A stretch of DNA of 64,000 bases from Candidatus Rokuibacteriota bacterium (GTDB taxonomy: Bacteria > Methylomirabilota > Methylomirabilia > Rokubacteriales > CSP1-6), in the NCBI GenBank assembly GCA_003220535.1, contig QHSU01000087.1, positions 3,273 through 67,272 on the forward strand. Reading direction: 5' to 3'. This document shows positions 1 through 9,335 of the stretch, in pieces; the stretch's first letter is position 1; the number at the start of each line of letters is the position of its first letter. The notes below the pieces were generated by a model. That model searched no databases, was not told where the DNA came from, and saw nothing but the letters and a program-made list of their open reading frames with translations. The position numbers and the translations under genes were made by a program.

Positions 1-109
1 GAGCTCGCCCGCCGCTGGCGCCGATGAGAAACGCGCCGACCAGGACGACCGCGGCCCAGAAGAGGATCTGTCCCGAGCGCCCGAAGAACCACACCTGCCA
101 TCGCCGCAT
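1..109 (-). CDS. hypothetical membrane protein, N-terminal fragment (continues past the left edge)
   Basis: ATG at 109-107 opens a minus-strand frame MRRWQVWFFGRSGQILFWAAVVLVGAFLIGASGG... running to base 1. It has one hydrophobic helix and G/C-rich third positions. Too short for the ORF track; no family recognised. Confidence 0.3.
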   Translation of the reverse strand, partial: MRRWQVWFFGRSGQILFWAAVVLVGAFLIGASGGRA

Positions 110-159
110 CGTGTGCTCCCTGCCCCGCCGACGGGGCTCGTCTCCCGTGTGCCCCGCGC

Positions 160-546
160 CTACTGGCGCTGGACTCGCCGTGCGAGCCAGCGCCAGGTCG
201 GATCCTCCGGTCGCTCCAGGGCCAGCTGGTCCAGCACCGCGTACGCAGCGCTCGTCGCCTCGGTGAGCCAGCGTGCGGTCTCGCCCCCGTGCCCTCGCAC
301 CGCCTCCAGCGCCGAGCGGCAGACGATCTCGGCCAGCTCGTCCGGGGCGTCCAACTCACGCACCACGCGGCAGGCGGCGCGTACCGCCGCCTCGACCGCA
401 TCGCTGACTTCTCGCGCGCCGAGCGGACCGCGCTCGATTCGCATGACCACCATCTCGCGCACCGTGATGTGGACGCCGCGCGTTGGCACGCCCGCCCGCA
501 AGAGCCCCGCGAGCTCCGACGCCACCGCCTCCTCGAAGGGCCTCAC
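160..546 (-). CDS. hypothetical protein (128 aa), coupled to clpB
   Basis: The GTG start overlaps the clpB TGA stop (GTGA at 543-546). Third-position G/C bias is strong along the frame. No motif recognised. Confidence 0.45.
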   Translation of the reverse strand: MRPFEEAVASELAGLLRAGVPTRGVHITVREMVVMRIERGPLGAREVSDAVEAAVRAACRVVRELDAPDELAEIVCRSALEAVRGHGGETARWLTEATSAAYAVLDQLALERPEDPTWRWLARRVQRQ

Positions 547-3146
547 GGCCCGGGCTCCACGCGCAGCCCGTCGCCGCCGGCGTCCACGCGCACGGTCCCG
601 CCGTCGCGGAGCTTCCCGGCAACGATCAGTCGCGCGACCGGCGTCTCGACCTCCCGCTGAATGGCGCGCTTCAACGGGCGCGCGCCGAAGACGGGGTCGT
701 AGCCGACCTTGGCCAGGTAGCTCTTCGCCGCGTCGGTGACCTCGATTGTGATCCGCCGGTCCGCCAGGCGCCGCCGCAGCCCCTCGAGCTGGATGTCCAC
801 GATCTTCGCGAGCTCCGCTTCCGTCAGGGCGCGGAAGACGACGACCTCGTCGACGCGGTTCAGGAACTCCGGCCGGAAGTGGCGCCGGAGCGCCTCCAGC
901 ACTTGCTCGCGCATCCGCTGGTAGGTCCGCTCGTCGGCGCCGCGCATCTCGAGGATGAGCTGGCTGCCGATGTTCGACGTCATGATGATCACGGTGTTCC
1001 TGAAGTTGACCGTGCGGCCGTGGCCGTCGGTCAATCGCCCGTCGTCCAGTACTTGCAGCAGCACGTTGAAGACGTCGGGATGGGCCTTCTCGATCTCATC
1101 CAGCAGGACGACCGAATATGGCTTGCGTCGCACCGCCTCGGTGAGTTGTCCGCCCTCCTCGTAGCCGATGTATCCGGGTGGGGCGCCGATGAGTCGCGCA
1201 ACGGTGTGCTTTTCCATGTATTCGGACATGTCCAGGCGGATCATGTTGTCTTCGTTGTCGAAGAGCGTCGCGGCCAGCGCTCGCGCCAGTTCGGTCTTCC
1301 CCACGCCGGTGGGCCCGAGGAACAGGAAGGAGCCGATCGGACGCTTGGGGTCCTTGATGCCGGCGCGGGCTCGCACCACGGCGTCCGCGACCGCGCGCAC
1401 GGCCTCGTCCTGGCCCACCACGCGGCGATGCAGCTCATCGGGAAGGCGCAGGAGCTTCTGCATCTCGCCTTCCATCAGCTTCGACACCGGGATGCCTGTC
1501 CACCGGGAGACGACCTCGGCGATGTCCTCCTCATCGACCTCTTCCTTGACGAGCCGGCGGCCGCTGGTGCTCTGGGCCTGGGCCTCGAGCTGCTTCAGCT
1601 CGCGCTCGAGCGCGGCGAGCGTCCCGTACTGGAGCTCGGCCGCCCGCGAGAGGTCGCCGACGCGCATCACCTTTTCGATCTCGACCTTCGTCTCCTCGAT
1701 ACGCTTGCGGAGCTGCCGCGGGCGCTCGATGCTCGCCTTCTCGGCCTCCCACTGGGTGCGCAGGGTCTGGCCCTTCGCCTGCAGGTCGGTCAGCTCTTTC
1801 TCGAGCTTCTCCAGCCGATCGCGGGAGGCCGGGTCGGTCTCTTTCCGCAGGGCCTCGCGCTCGATCTCGAGCTGCAAGACGCGACGGCTGATCTCGTCAA
1901 GCTCCGCCGGCATCGAGTCGATCTCGGTTCGAAGCCGCGCCGCCGCCTCGTCGACGAGGTCGATGGCCTTGTCCGGCAGGAACCGGTCCGAGATGTAGCG
2001 GTGAGAGAGCACCGCGGCCGCCACCAGCGCCGCGTCTTTGATCCGGACGCCGTGATGGACCTCGTAGCGCTCCTTGAGCCCGCGGAGGATCGAGATCGTG
2101 TCCTCGACCGTGGGCTCGTCGACCATGACGGGCTGGAACCGCCGCTCCAGCGCCGCGTCCTTCTCGATGTGCTTCTTGTACTCGTCGAGGGTCGTCGCGC
2201 CGATGCAGTGGAGCTCGCCGCGCGCCAGCAGAGGCTTGAGCAGATTGCTGGCGTCCAGGGCGCCCTCGGCAGCCCCCGCGCCCACCACGGTGTGCAGCTC
2301 GTCGATGAACAGGATGATCTCGCCCTGCGCGTCGGTCACCGCCTTGAGCACCGCCTTGAGCCGCTCCTCGAACTCGCCGCGGTACTTGGCGCCGGCAATC
2401 AGCGCGCCCATGTCGAGCGCCACGATGCGCTTCTTCTTCAGGCCCTCCGGCACGTCGCCCCGCACGATCCGCTGCGCCAGGCCCTCCACGATCGCGGTTT
2501 TGCCCACGCCTGGGGGGCCGATCAGCACCGGGTTGTTCTTGGTGCGGCGCGAGAGGATCTGGATCACGCGGCGGATCTCCTCGTCGCGGCCGATGACCGG
2601 GTCGAGCTTGCCCTGCTGGGCGAGCGCCGTGAGATCACGCCCGTATTTCTCGAGCGCCTCGTAGGTGCCCTCGGGCGTCGGGCTCGTCACGCGCTGGCCA
2701 CCCCGGACGGCGGCCGCCGCCTCGAGAAGCTTTTCGCGCGTCAGGCCAGCGGCGCGGAGCGCCTCGGCCACCGTGCCGTCCTTGAGGTCGGCGAGGGCCA
2801 GCAGCAAGTGCTCGACGCTCACGTACTCGTCCTTCATGCGCTGCGCCTCGGTCTCGGCGCCGTTCAGGAGCTCGTTCACGCGCGGCGCGATGTACACCTG
2901 GCCCGCGGGCGCGCCCGGCCCCGAGACGCGTGGCAGGCGTTCGAGCGCCTGCTGGAGCCGTTGCACGAGCGACTGCGGGTTCCCCCCCGCCTTCTCGACG
3001 ATGCGCGGCGCGACGCCGCCGTCCTGGCTGAGCAGCGCCACGGCGAGGTGCTCGACGTCGATCTGAGCATGGCCCCGGCGCTGGGCCAGCGCTTGCGCTC
3101 CCCGGATCACATCCTGCGCCTTCTCGGTCAGTCGGTTCAGGTCCAT
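543..3146 (-). CDS. clpB: ATP-dependent chaperone/disaggregase ClpB
   Basis: 867 aa. It has a Clp N-domain ([11 protein letters not shown]...), two AAA+ modules with Walker A GPPGVGKT and GPTGVGKT, and a long coiled-coil middle domain. An AAGGAG Shine-Dalgarno (SD) sits about 7 nt upstream of the ATG. Confidence 0.95.
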   Translation of the reverse strand: MDLNRLTEKAQDVIRGAQALAQRRGHAQIDVEHLAVALLSQDGGVAPRIVEKAGGNPQSLVQRLQQALERLPRVSGPGAPAGQVYIAPRVNELLNGAETEAQRMKDEYVSVEHLLLALADLKDGTVAEALRAAGLTREKLLEAAAAVRGGQRVTSPTPEGTYEALEKYGRDLTALAQQGKLDPVIGRDEEIRRVIQILSRRTKNNPVLIGPPGVGKTAIVEGLAQRIVRGDVPEGLKKKRIVALDMGALIAGAKYRGEFEERLKAVLKAVTDAQGEIILFIDELHTVVGAGAAEGALDASNLLKPLLARGELHCIGATTLDEYKKHIEKDAALERRFQPVMVDEPTVEDTISILRGLKERYEVHHGVRIKDAALVAAAVLSHRYISDRFLPDKAIDLVDEAAARLRTEIDSMPAELDEISRRVLQLEIEREALRKETDPASRDRLEKLEKELTDLQAKGQTLRTQWEAEKASIERPRQLRKRIEETKVEIEKVMRVGDLSRAAELQYGTLAALERELKQLEAQAQSTSGRRLVKEEVDEEDIAEVVSRWTGIPVSKLMEGEMQKLLRLPDELHRRVVGQDEAVRAVADAVVRARAGIKDPKRPIGSFLFLGPTGVGKTELARALAATLFDNEDNMIRLDMSEYMEKHTVARLIGAPPGYIGYEEGGQLTEAVRRKPYSVVLLDEIEKAHPDVFNVLLQVLDDGRLTDGHGRTVNFRNTVIIMTSNIGSQLILEMRGADERTYQRMREQVLEALRRHFRPEFLNRVDEVVVFRALTEAELAKIVDIQLEGLRRRLADRRITIEVTDAAKSYLAKVGYDPVFGARPLKRAIQREVETPVARLIVAGKLRDGGTVRVDAGGDGLRVEPGP

Positions 3147-3490
3147 GGCCGTCGCTCCTTGGTGGCGCTGTCACGTTCCATGCGCTCGAGCTGGTCGACG
3201 AGGTCCACGATGATGGCGGCCCCGGTGAGGTTCACGCCGAGATCGCGGTGCAGGCGTAGCATCCGTCGGAGTCGGGCCGCCGTCCCCGCCGAGAATACCG
3301 GGGCCGTGAGGCCATGCTCGTTCGCCCTGAGCGCCGTCGGCTCCACGAGTCCGAGGCCGACCAGGCGCGCGAGCGTCGTGGGGCTGACCCCGGCCGCGGC
3401 GGCGAGGGCCTCGCTCGAAAGGAATTCCTCGGCTCGCTGCGAGGGCCCGACGATCGCAGCGTGCAGTGGTGTCCGGGGCGCGGTGCGCAC
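3137..3490 (-). CDS. cbpM: MerR-type chaperone modulator (CbpM/HspR-like)
   Basis: 117 aa, directly downstream of the CbpA-type J-protein. It has an HTH-like segment ([28 protein letters not shown]) and a C-terminal [16 protein letters not shown]...[10 protein letters not shown] pattern, as I remember for E. coli CbpM. Its end overlaps the clpB start by 10 nt. Confidence 0.65.
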   Translation of the reverse strand: MRTAPRTPLHAAIVGPSQRAEEFLSSEALAAAAGVSPTTLARLVGLGLVEPTALRANEHGLTAPVFSAGTAARLRRMLRLHRDLGVNLTGAAIIVDLVDQLERMERDSATKERRPWT

Positions 3491-3496
3491 GATCGC

Positions 3497-4417
3497 TCAG
3501 CCTCCCGCCGGCCGATCGGCCGGGACCGAGGCGCGCTGCTTCAACGTCTCGTACGCCTCCCGCTCGGCCGAGCTCGGGCGCTCGGGGATGACGATCCGCG
3601 CGACCGCGTAGAGGTCGCCACGCGTTCCATCCGCGCGCGGCAACCCGCGGCCGCGCAGACGCAGGCGCCGCCCACCCTGGGTGCCGGCCGGCACCGTGAG
3701 CGTCACCGGGCCATCGGGTGTCTCGATCCTCACCTCGCCTCCGAGCACCGCCTGCCACGGCCAGAGCGTCAGATCCATCTCCAGATCGTCGCCGGCTACT
3801 CGATACCGCGGATGCGGGATCAGGCGCAAGCGGAGGTAGACATCGCCCGGCGGGCCGCCGTTCACACCCTGGCCCCCCTGGCCCGCCAGGCGCAAGACGG
3901 TACCTTCGCGCGCCCCGCGTGGAATCTCCACGTCGAGACTCCGGCCGCCGTTCAACGTGATCCGGCGTCGGGCGCTGTGGAGCAGCTCTTCCAGCGTCAC
4001 CGGCAGCTCGGCCTCGATGTCGTTCCCCGGGATCGTGACCCGCACACTGCCGCGCCCGGCGCGTCCGGTGGACCGCCCGAAGAGCGAGGCGAAGAAATCG
4101 CTGACATCGCCGAAGTCCTCCCACTCCGCGGATCCGGCGGGACCTCGCTCGGCGCCGGGCGGCGGCGTGAAGTCCATCCCGCTCTTCCAGTTCGCGCCGA
4201 GGGCATCGTACTTTCCACGTTTGTCGGGATCGCTGAGGACCTCGTAGGCCTCGTTGATCTCCTTGAACCGCTCGGCGGCCCGCGTTCGCTCGGCGGCGGG
4301 CTGGAGGTCGGGATGGTGTTTGCGCGCGAGCTGGCGATACGCCCGCTTGATCTCGTCAGCCGTCGCCGTGCGCGGCACGCCCAGCACCTCGTAGTAGTCA
4401 CGGAACTTCACCGCCAC
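3497..4417 (-). CDS. cbpA: DnaJ-class co-chaperone without zinc finger (curved-DNA-binding protein CbpA type)
   Basis: 306 aa. The J-domain carries HPD (DYYEVLGV...[12 protein letters not shown]). There is no CxxCxGxG repeat region. Two C-terminal substrate-binding domains are present. Confidence 0.9.
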   Translation of the reverse strand: MAVKFRDYYEVLGVPRTATADEIKRAYRQLARKHHPDLQPAAERTRAAERFKEINEAYEVLSDPDKRGKYDALGANWKSGMDFTPPPGAERGPAGSAEWEDFGDVSDFFASLFGRSTGRAGRGSVRVTIPGNDIEAELPVTLEELLHSARRRITLNGGRSLDVEIPRGAREGTVLRLAGQGGQGVNGGPPGDVYLRLRLIPHPRYRVAGDDLEMDLTLWPWQAVLGGEVRIETPDGPVTLTVPAGTQGGRRLRLRGRGLPRADGTRGDLYAVARIVIPERPSSAEREAYETLKQRASVPADRPAGG

Positions 4418-4824
4418 GAGGCGGCCGCCTTCCGAGGTGTCGCGACGACGACCTGGGCGGGACGGAGCAGCTCGTCCCCGAGTCGCCAGCCGCTGCGGAC
4501 CTCGCGCACGACGGTTCCCGGCCCGACGTCGTTCGACGGGACGGTGGCGACCGCCTCGTGTAATCTCGGATCGAACGGCCGCCCGACGCTCTCGATCGGC
4601 TCGGCTCCGGCCTCGCGCAGGGCGGCGATGAACTGCCGGTGCGTCGCGGCCATGCCTTCGTAGAAGTCCGGGTCGGTCGACCCGGCGGCGAGGGCCCGCT
4701 CGAACGAGTCCAGCACCGGCTCCGCCTCGTCGAGGGCATGACGCTGGCGCTCGACGTCGTCCTCGACGGCTCGCCGGCCGGCGTCGGCCTCGGGTCCGTG
4801 CATCCCATCATCCGTCCGCCGCAT
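4408..4824 (-). CDS. grpE: nucleotide exchange factor GrpE, unusually short (138 aa)
   Basis: C-terminal GrpE motifs are present ([30 protein letters not shown]). The N-terminal long-helix region with the AEFxNxRKR-type motif is absent. A GAGGA SD lies 3 nt upstream of the ATG. Confidence 0.7.
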   Translation of the reverse strand: MRRTDDGMHGPEADAGRRAVEDDVERQRHALDEAEPVLDSFERALAAGSTDPDFYEGMAATHRQFIAALREAGAEPIESVGRPFDPRLHEAVATVPSNDVGPGTVVREVRSGWRLGDELLRPAQVVVATPRKAAASWR

Positions 4825-4863
4825 ACGTCCTCAGCGTGTAGACTCTCATGGCCTCGGTCGCCC

Positions 4864-5331
4864 TCAGGGCTTCTGGTCGTCGACGTTCTTGAATTCGGCG
4901 TCCACGACGTCGCCGTCCTTCGGCGCCGCCGATCCCTGTTGGCCGTTGCCGGGGCCGCTCCTGGTCTCACGATACATCGCCTCCGCCAGCTTCTGGGACG
5001 CGCGCGTCAGGCTCTCCTGCGCGCGCCTGATGCCTTCGATGTCGTCTCCCTTCAAAGCCTCCCGGGCGTCGGCGAGCGCCTGCTCGATCGCGGTGCGCTC
5101 GGCGTCGGTGATCTTCGCTCCGTGCTCGGCTAGCGTGCGCTCGGTCGAATACACGAGTGAGTCGGCCTGGTTGCGCAGCTCGATCTCCTGGCGGCGTCGA
5201 GCGTCCTCGCTCGCGTTCGCCTCCGCTTCCCTCACCATCCGCTCGACTTCCTGCTTGCTCAGGCCCGACGAGGCGGGGATAGCTAGGCCATCAGTCCCTT
5301 GTCGCTTGTCACGAACAGCCGCATGTCTCAC
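4864..5331 (-). pseudogene. dnaK: dnaK 3' remnant (substrate-binding lid and C-terminal tail only)
   Basis: The frame reads ...AVRDKRQGTDGLAIPASSGLSKQEVERMVREAEANASEDARRRQEIELRNQADSLVYSTERTL...DVVDAEFKNVDDQKP, matching only the last ~160 residues of DnaK. An in-frame TGA lies 12 codons upstream. No room remains for the ATPase domain, because the next gene starts 295 bp away on the other strand. Confidence 0.75.
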
Positions 5332-5626
5332 GCCGCCACGAGGTGGTCTCTCGGCGCGGCGACGTCACTAGAGAGCTCTACAGAGAGGGCTCTACAGAGT
5401 TGACTCAGGCTTGGCCTTGGGGGGTCGTTCCGGAAATCAAGTGAATACCTGAAACCGGGGACGGAAAGACCCTGACGCCGTCGAGATGGCGGGCGACTCC
5501 GATTTTCCCGCCGAGCTTCGCCCAGTCGTGGGAGGGACCCGCCGGCGCCTCGTGTTGCTCAAGCGCAAGCCGGCGTCCCCGCGCTTCACTCCCGTCGTGG
5601 CGCGATCGGGATCATACTGACGGGCA

Positions 5627-7234
5627 GTGTCGGATCTGCGTCAGCTCGAGACCGTCATTGTGCTGCTCGTCGCGGTGCTTGCTCTCGTCACAGTCGCCCG
5701 CCGCGTGCTGATCCCCTATCCCATCTTTCTCGTGGTCGGCGGGCTCGCCGTCGGTGTCGTGCCGAGCGTCCCGATCGTGCGCCTCGATCCGGATCTGGTG
5801 TTCGTGATCTTTCTGCCGCCCATCCTGTGGGCGGCCGCGTACTTCACGTCGCTGCGGGACTTTCGGGCCAACCTCCGGCCGATCACGCTGCTCGCGGTGG
5901 GCCTGGTGCTGGCCACAACGATCGCGGTCGCCGCTGTGGCGCGCGTCCTGATACCTGGCATGAGCTGGCCGGTGGCGCTCGCCCTCGGGGCCATCGTGTC
6001 CCCGCCGGACGCAGTCGCCGCCACCGCCATCGCCCGGCGGCTCGGTATCCCCTATCGGATCGTCACCGTCCTCGAGGGCGAGAGCCTCATCAACGATGCC
6101 GCGGCGCTGGTGCTGTACCGCACGGCGGTCGCCGCCGCGGGCACCGGAGCTCTCGTGGCCACGCAGGCCCTCTGGCAGTTCGCCCTGGCTTCAGCGGGCG
6201 GTGTCCTCATCGGCCTGATCGTGGGCATGGGAGCCAGCCGGGCGCTCCGTCTCACGGACGACAGCCTGGCCCAGACCGCCATCACGCTTCTGGCGCCCTA
6301 TGCCGCCTGGGTCATCGCCGAGCGAGCGCACACCTCGGCCGTGCTCGCCTGTGTGGTCGGCGGCCTCTATGTCCGTCAGGGCTTCAGCGCGCTGGTGGCT
6401 CCGGCCACGCGAATTCAGTCGCGAGCCGTCTGGGATCTGCTCGTCTTTCTCCTGAACGGGGTCATCTTCATTCTGATCGGCCTCCAGCTCGGCGCGATCC
6501 GCGAGACAGGTCTCCCGGGGAATCTCGGCACGATCATGTGGCGGGGCGCCCTGATCAGTGCCGCCGCCATCGGCGTCCGCCTCGTCTGGGTGCCGCTCGC
6601 CGTCGGGATCCCGCGGCTCGTCAGTCCCTCGCTACGACGGCGAGACCCCATGCCTTCCTGGCGTCAGGTGCTACTGGTCGCATGGATCGGGATGCGCGGC
6701 ATCGTCTCGCTGGCCGCCGCCCTCGCCTTGCCGGTGACGACGGCGTCGGGCGCGCCGTTTCCGTTCCGCGACGACATCATCCTGCTCACCTTCGCGGTGA
6801 TCTTGTCGACGCTCGTCCTGCAGGGGCTGAGCCTCACGCCGCTGGTCCGCGCCTTGAACCTGGACGAGGACCGCACGCTCGAGCTGGAGGAAGCGCGCGC
6901 CCGGGAGGAGGCGGCCCAGGCCGTCCTGGCCCGGCTCGATCAGCTCGCGACCGCCTCATGGCCGCTTCCCGCGGACGTCGACCGTCTTCGTGCGATCTAC
7001 ACCCAGAAGGTGAGGCGGGCTTCGCCGCTCGACGTGGGCGACAGTGAGGCCGCGGCCCGGGCCCAGGCGGCCTTTCGCCGGCTCCGCCAGGCGACGCTCA
7101 TCGAGGAGCGCCGCACCCTGATCGCACTCCGCGATCAGGGCGCCATCAGCGACGAGATCCTCCACCGGCTCGAGCAAGAGCTCGATGTCGAAGCGATGCG
7201 AATCGGGCTCGGGGAGGCGCGCCTCGACGACTGA
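5627..7234 (+). CDS. Na+/H+ antiporter, CPA1 (NhaP-type) family
   Basis: 535 aa with a GTG start. The first ~400 aa are multi-spanning hydrophobic with exchanger-like segments (LLVAWIGMRGIVSLAAALALP). A charged C-terminal cytoplasmic domain follows. Confidence 0.85.
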   Translation: MSDLRQLETVIVLLVAVLALVTVARRVLIPYPIFLVVGGLAVGVVPSVPIVRLDPDLVFVIFLPPILWAAAYFTSLRDFRANLRPITLLAVGLVLATTIAVAAVARVLIPGMSWPVALALGAIVSPPDAVAATAIARRLGIPYRIVTVLEGESLINDAAALVLYRTAVAAAGTGALVATQALWQFALASAGGVLIGLIVGMGASRALRLTDDSLAQTAITLLAPYAAWVIAERAHTSAVLACVVGGLYVRQGFSALVAPATRIQSRAVWDLLVFLLNGVIFILIGLQLGAIRETGLPGNLGTIMWRGALISAAAIGVRLVWVPLAVGIPRLVSPSLRRRDPMPSWRQVLLVAWIGMRGIVSLAAALALPVTTASGAPFPFRDDIILLTFAVILSTLVLQGLSLTPLVRALNLDEDRTLELEEARAREEAAQAVLARLDQLATASWPLPADVDRLRAIYTQKVRRASPLDVGDSEAAARAQAAFRRLRQATLIEERRTLIALRDQGAISDEILHRLEQELDVEAMRIGLGEARLDD

Positions 7235-7302
7235 TCGGGGGACGCCCTGAGTCCGGGTGCGCCAGCGGCGCCGTCAGGCCGCTGAGTGCCTGATGCGGTG
7301 GC

Positions 7303-7956
7303 TCAGATCTTTTCGCCGAGCTTCGCCCAGTCGTCGAGGAACTTCTTGAGCCCGATGTCGGTCAGCGGATGCTTCATGAGCTGCTCGAGCACCGCGAACG
7401 GCATCGTCGCGACGTGGGCGCCCGCCTTCGCGGCGTCCACGACGTGGAGCGGATTGCGGATCGACGCGGCGAGCACCTGCGTCTTGTAGCCCTGGACGCG
7501 GTAGATCTCGCAGATGTCGCGGATGAGGTCCATGCCGACGTGGGCGATGTCGTCGAGACGCCCGAGGAACGGGCTGATGTAGACGGCGCCGGCCTTCGCC
7601 GACAGGAGCGCCTGGGTCGCCGAGAAGCAGAGCGTCTGGTTGACGCGGATGCCCTTGCCGGAGAGATACTTCACCGCCTTGAGGCCGTCCTTGGTGAGCG
7701 GGCACTTCACGACGGCGTTCGGCGCGACATGGGACAGCTCCTCGCCCTCCTTGACCATCCCCTCGAAGTCCGTGGCGACCACCTCGAGGCTCACGTCGCC
7801 GGGGACGATCGCGCAGATCTCCTCGACGAGCGGCCGGAACGGACGCTTCTCTCTGGCGATCAGCGAGGGATTGGTGGTCACGCCGTCCACGACACCGATC
7901 GCCACCCCTTCCTTGATCTCGCCGATGTTCGCCGTGTCGAGAAAGATCTTCATCAC
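7303..7956 (-). CDS. short-type transaldolase / fructose-6-phosphate aldolase family protein
   Basis: 217 aa. MKIFLDTANIGEIKE...GVTTNPSLI is the characteristic N-terminus of the ~215-aa Tal/Fsa subfamily. A GAGGAGG SD is upstream. Confidence 0.9.
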   Translation of the reverse strand: MMKIFLDTANIGEIKEGVAIGVVDGVTTNPSLIAREKRPFRPLVEEICAIVPGDVSLEVVATDFEGMVKEGEELSHVAPNAVVKCPLTKDGLKAVKYLSGKGIRVNQTLCFSATQALLSAKAGAVYISPFLGRLDDIAHVGMDLIRDICEIYRVQGYKTQVLAASIRNPLHVVDAAKAGAHVATMPFAVLEQLMKHPLTDIGLKKFLDDWAKLGEKI

Positions 7957-7999
7957 GCCCTCCTCAATGATCTATCGCCAATCGATAGCCGGGCTTGGG

Positions 8000-8371
8000 T
8001 CATTGTCGCTCGACCCTCACGCGCGTTCCCGCGCTGAGCTTCTTGAAGACGCGGGCGTCGCCGATGACCTTGCCCACGACGTTCACGGGGCTCGCCGGAC
8101 GGATCTCGTCGCCACGGCTCATCGGCGTGGGGCCGAAGAAGATGCAGAAGGCGCGGCCCGGCGGCCAGTAACCGAGATCGCCAGCGTCGACGACCTCGCG
8201 TGGCGACTCGAGCGCCGCCGTCACGCCGATCCCGAAATACACCTCGTCGCCCCACGTCTCTCCCGGCGCCTCGAACGGCAGCGCCTCCCAGATCGCGTGC
8301 GCCGTCTTGGAGTCGTTGAGGCGCGCTGTCGCCGACACCGATCCCGCGGTGATCCGGATGGCGCGATCCAT
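8000..8371 (-). CDS. cyclophilin-like fold protein (DUF3830-like)
   Basis: 123 aa. IRITAG...ARLNDSKTA..IWEALP...TWGDEVYF...GDLGYWPPGRAFCIFFGPTP matches my memory of the small cyclophilin-like family. Function unknown. Confidence 0.6.
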   Translation of the reverse strand: MDRAIRITAGSVSATARLNDSKTAHAIWEALPFEAPGETWGDEVYFGIGVTAALESPREVVDAGDLGYWPPGRAFCIFFGPTPMSRGDEIRPASPVNVVGKVIGDARVFKKLSAGTRVRVERQ

Positions 8372-8485
8372 AATCTATAGCCGCGCCTCGGCCGGCGGGG
8401 CCCCAGCCCGCGACGGCCTGCGGCGCGCACTACCAAACCCAGGTTAGGCCGCCGCTCGGACGCGTGTCAAGAACTGCGCCCGGCC

Positions 8486-9328
8486 TCACAGGCTTCGCCG
8501 GTAGTCGGCGAGCGCGGCTTCGAGGGCCGCGCGATCGGCGACCGCCGACCACCCCTCGCCTTCGACCGCGAGCGAGCCGGCGCAGGCGGCGGCGGCCGCG
8601 GCCTCCCACGGGTCGCCGTCGCGCTGATACTGGATGAGGAAGGTCGCCGCGAAGACGTCGCCGGCGCCGGTCGGGTCGACCTCCCGGGCCGGTCGCGGGT
8701 GAATCTCGTAGCGCTCGCCGTTGACGAAGAGCAGCGCCCCGTCGCGGTCGGCCGTGAGGACGCCGACGGGCATGCGCTGGAACCACTCGGCCACCACGCC
8801 CTCCTGACCCCGGATGTCCTCACGGCTCAGGAACAGCGCCTGGACCGATTGCAGGAGACGCTCGGGCGATTGCCAGGCGCGAGGCACGACGAGCCCATCG
8901 GAGGTCGCGTGGCGCAGCCATCCCTGCGCCGCCGCGCCCACGGCGCCGTCGGTGAACAGGGTCGCGATCATCGGGTCGACCTCGTCGAGCACGGGGGCCA
9001 GTAAGGTCAGCGGGGCCGCCCGCCAGTCGTCCGGCACGTCGGCCATGGTCAGTGGGCCGGCGACGGCGCGGACGTGGGACACGCGCCCGCCGGGGTCCAG
9101 CCGGTGCTCGAACCGGCTCGTGTCGGCGGCCGGGACCGTGACGACCTCGATCTTCGGCGGAATCAGGTCGAGCGGAAAGTCGTCGCCGTGGCTCGTGAGG
9201 AGCCCGACCGAGAGCCCGAGCCGGTGCGCCGTCACCGTGGCGAAGAGGGCCGCCCCGCCCGGGCGCGTGGCTTCGCCGATGCGGTCGAGGGTCACGTGTC
9301 CGATGGCGACGAAGTCAGGCGCGCTCAC
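8486..9328 (-). CDS. PfkB-family carbohydrate/nucleoside kinase
   Basis: 280 aa. It has the N-terminal FVAIGHVTLD motif and the C-terminal DPTGAGDVFAATF ribokinase-family signature. Confidence 0.8.
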   Translation of the reverse strand: MSAPDFVAIGHVTLDRIGEATRPGGAALFATVTAHRLGLSVGLLTSHGDDFPLDLIPPKIEVVTVPAADTSRFEHRLDPGGRVSHVRAVAGPLTMADVPDDWRAAPLTLLAPVLDEVDPMIATLFTDGAVGAAAQGWLRHATSDGLVVPRAWQSPERLLQSVQALFLSREDIRGQEGVVAEWFQRMPVGVLTADRDGALLFVNGERYEIHPRPAREVDPTGAGDVFAATFLIQYQRDGDPWEAAAAAACAGSLAVEGEGWSAVADRAALEAALADYRRSL

Positions 9329-9335
9329 GCCAGGG

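Noticed and set aside
483-3611. 1042-aa plus-strand ORF, the longest in this part of the track
   Set aside because: It lies antisense to a full-length, motif-perfect clpB. Its product is Arg/Ala/Leu/Asp-rich low-complexity sequence with no motifs. This is the typical stop-codon-poor shadow ORF of a GC-rich genome. The same applies to 8814-12140 (+), 12744-14627 (+), 14585-16309 (+), 17290-19149 (+), 25191-27224 (+), 36376-38121 (-), 57802-59610 (+) and similar.
5332-5626. HspR (HAIR, CTTGAGT-N7-ACTCAAG) or HrcA (CIRCE) operator upstream of the chaperone genes
   Set aside because: I found only one-mismatch half-sites (CCTGAGT / ACTCAGG around 5400-5410), without the partner half at the right spacing. 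No CIRCE-like TTAGCACTC...GAGTGCTAA is present.
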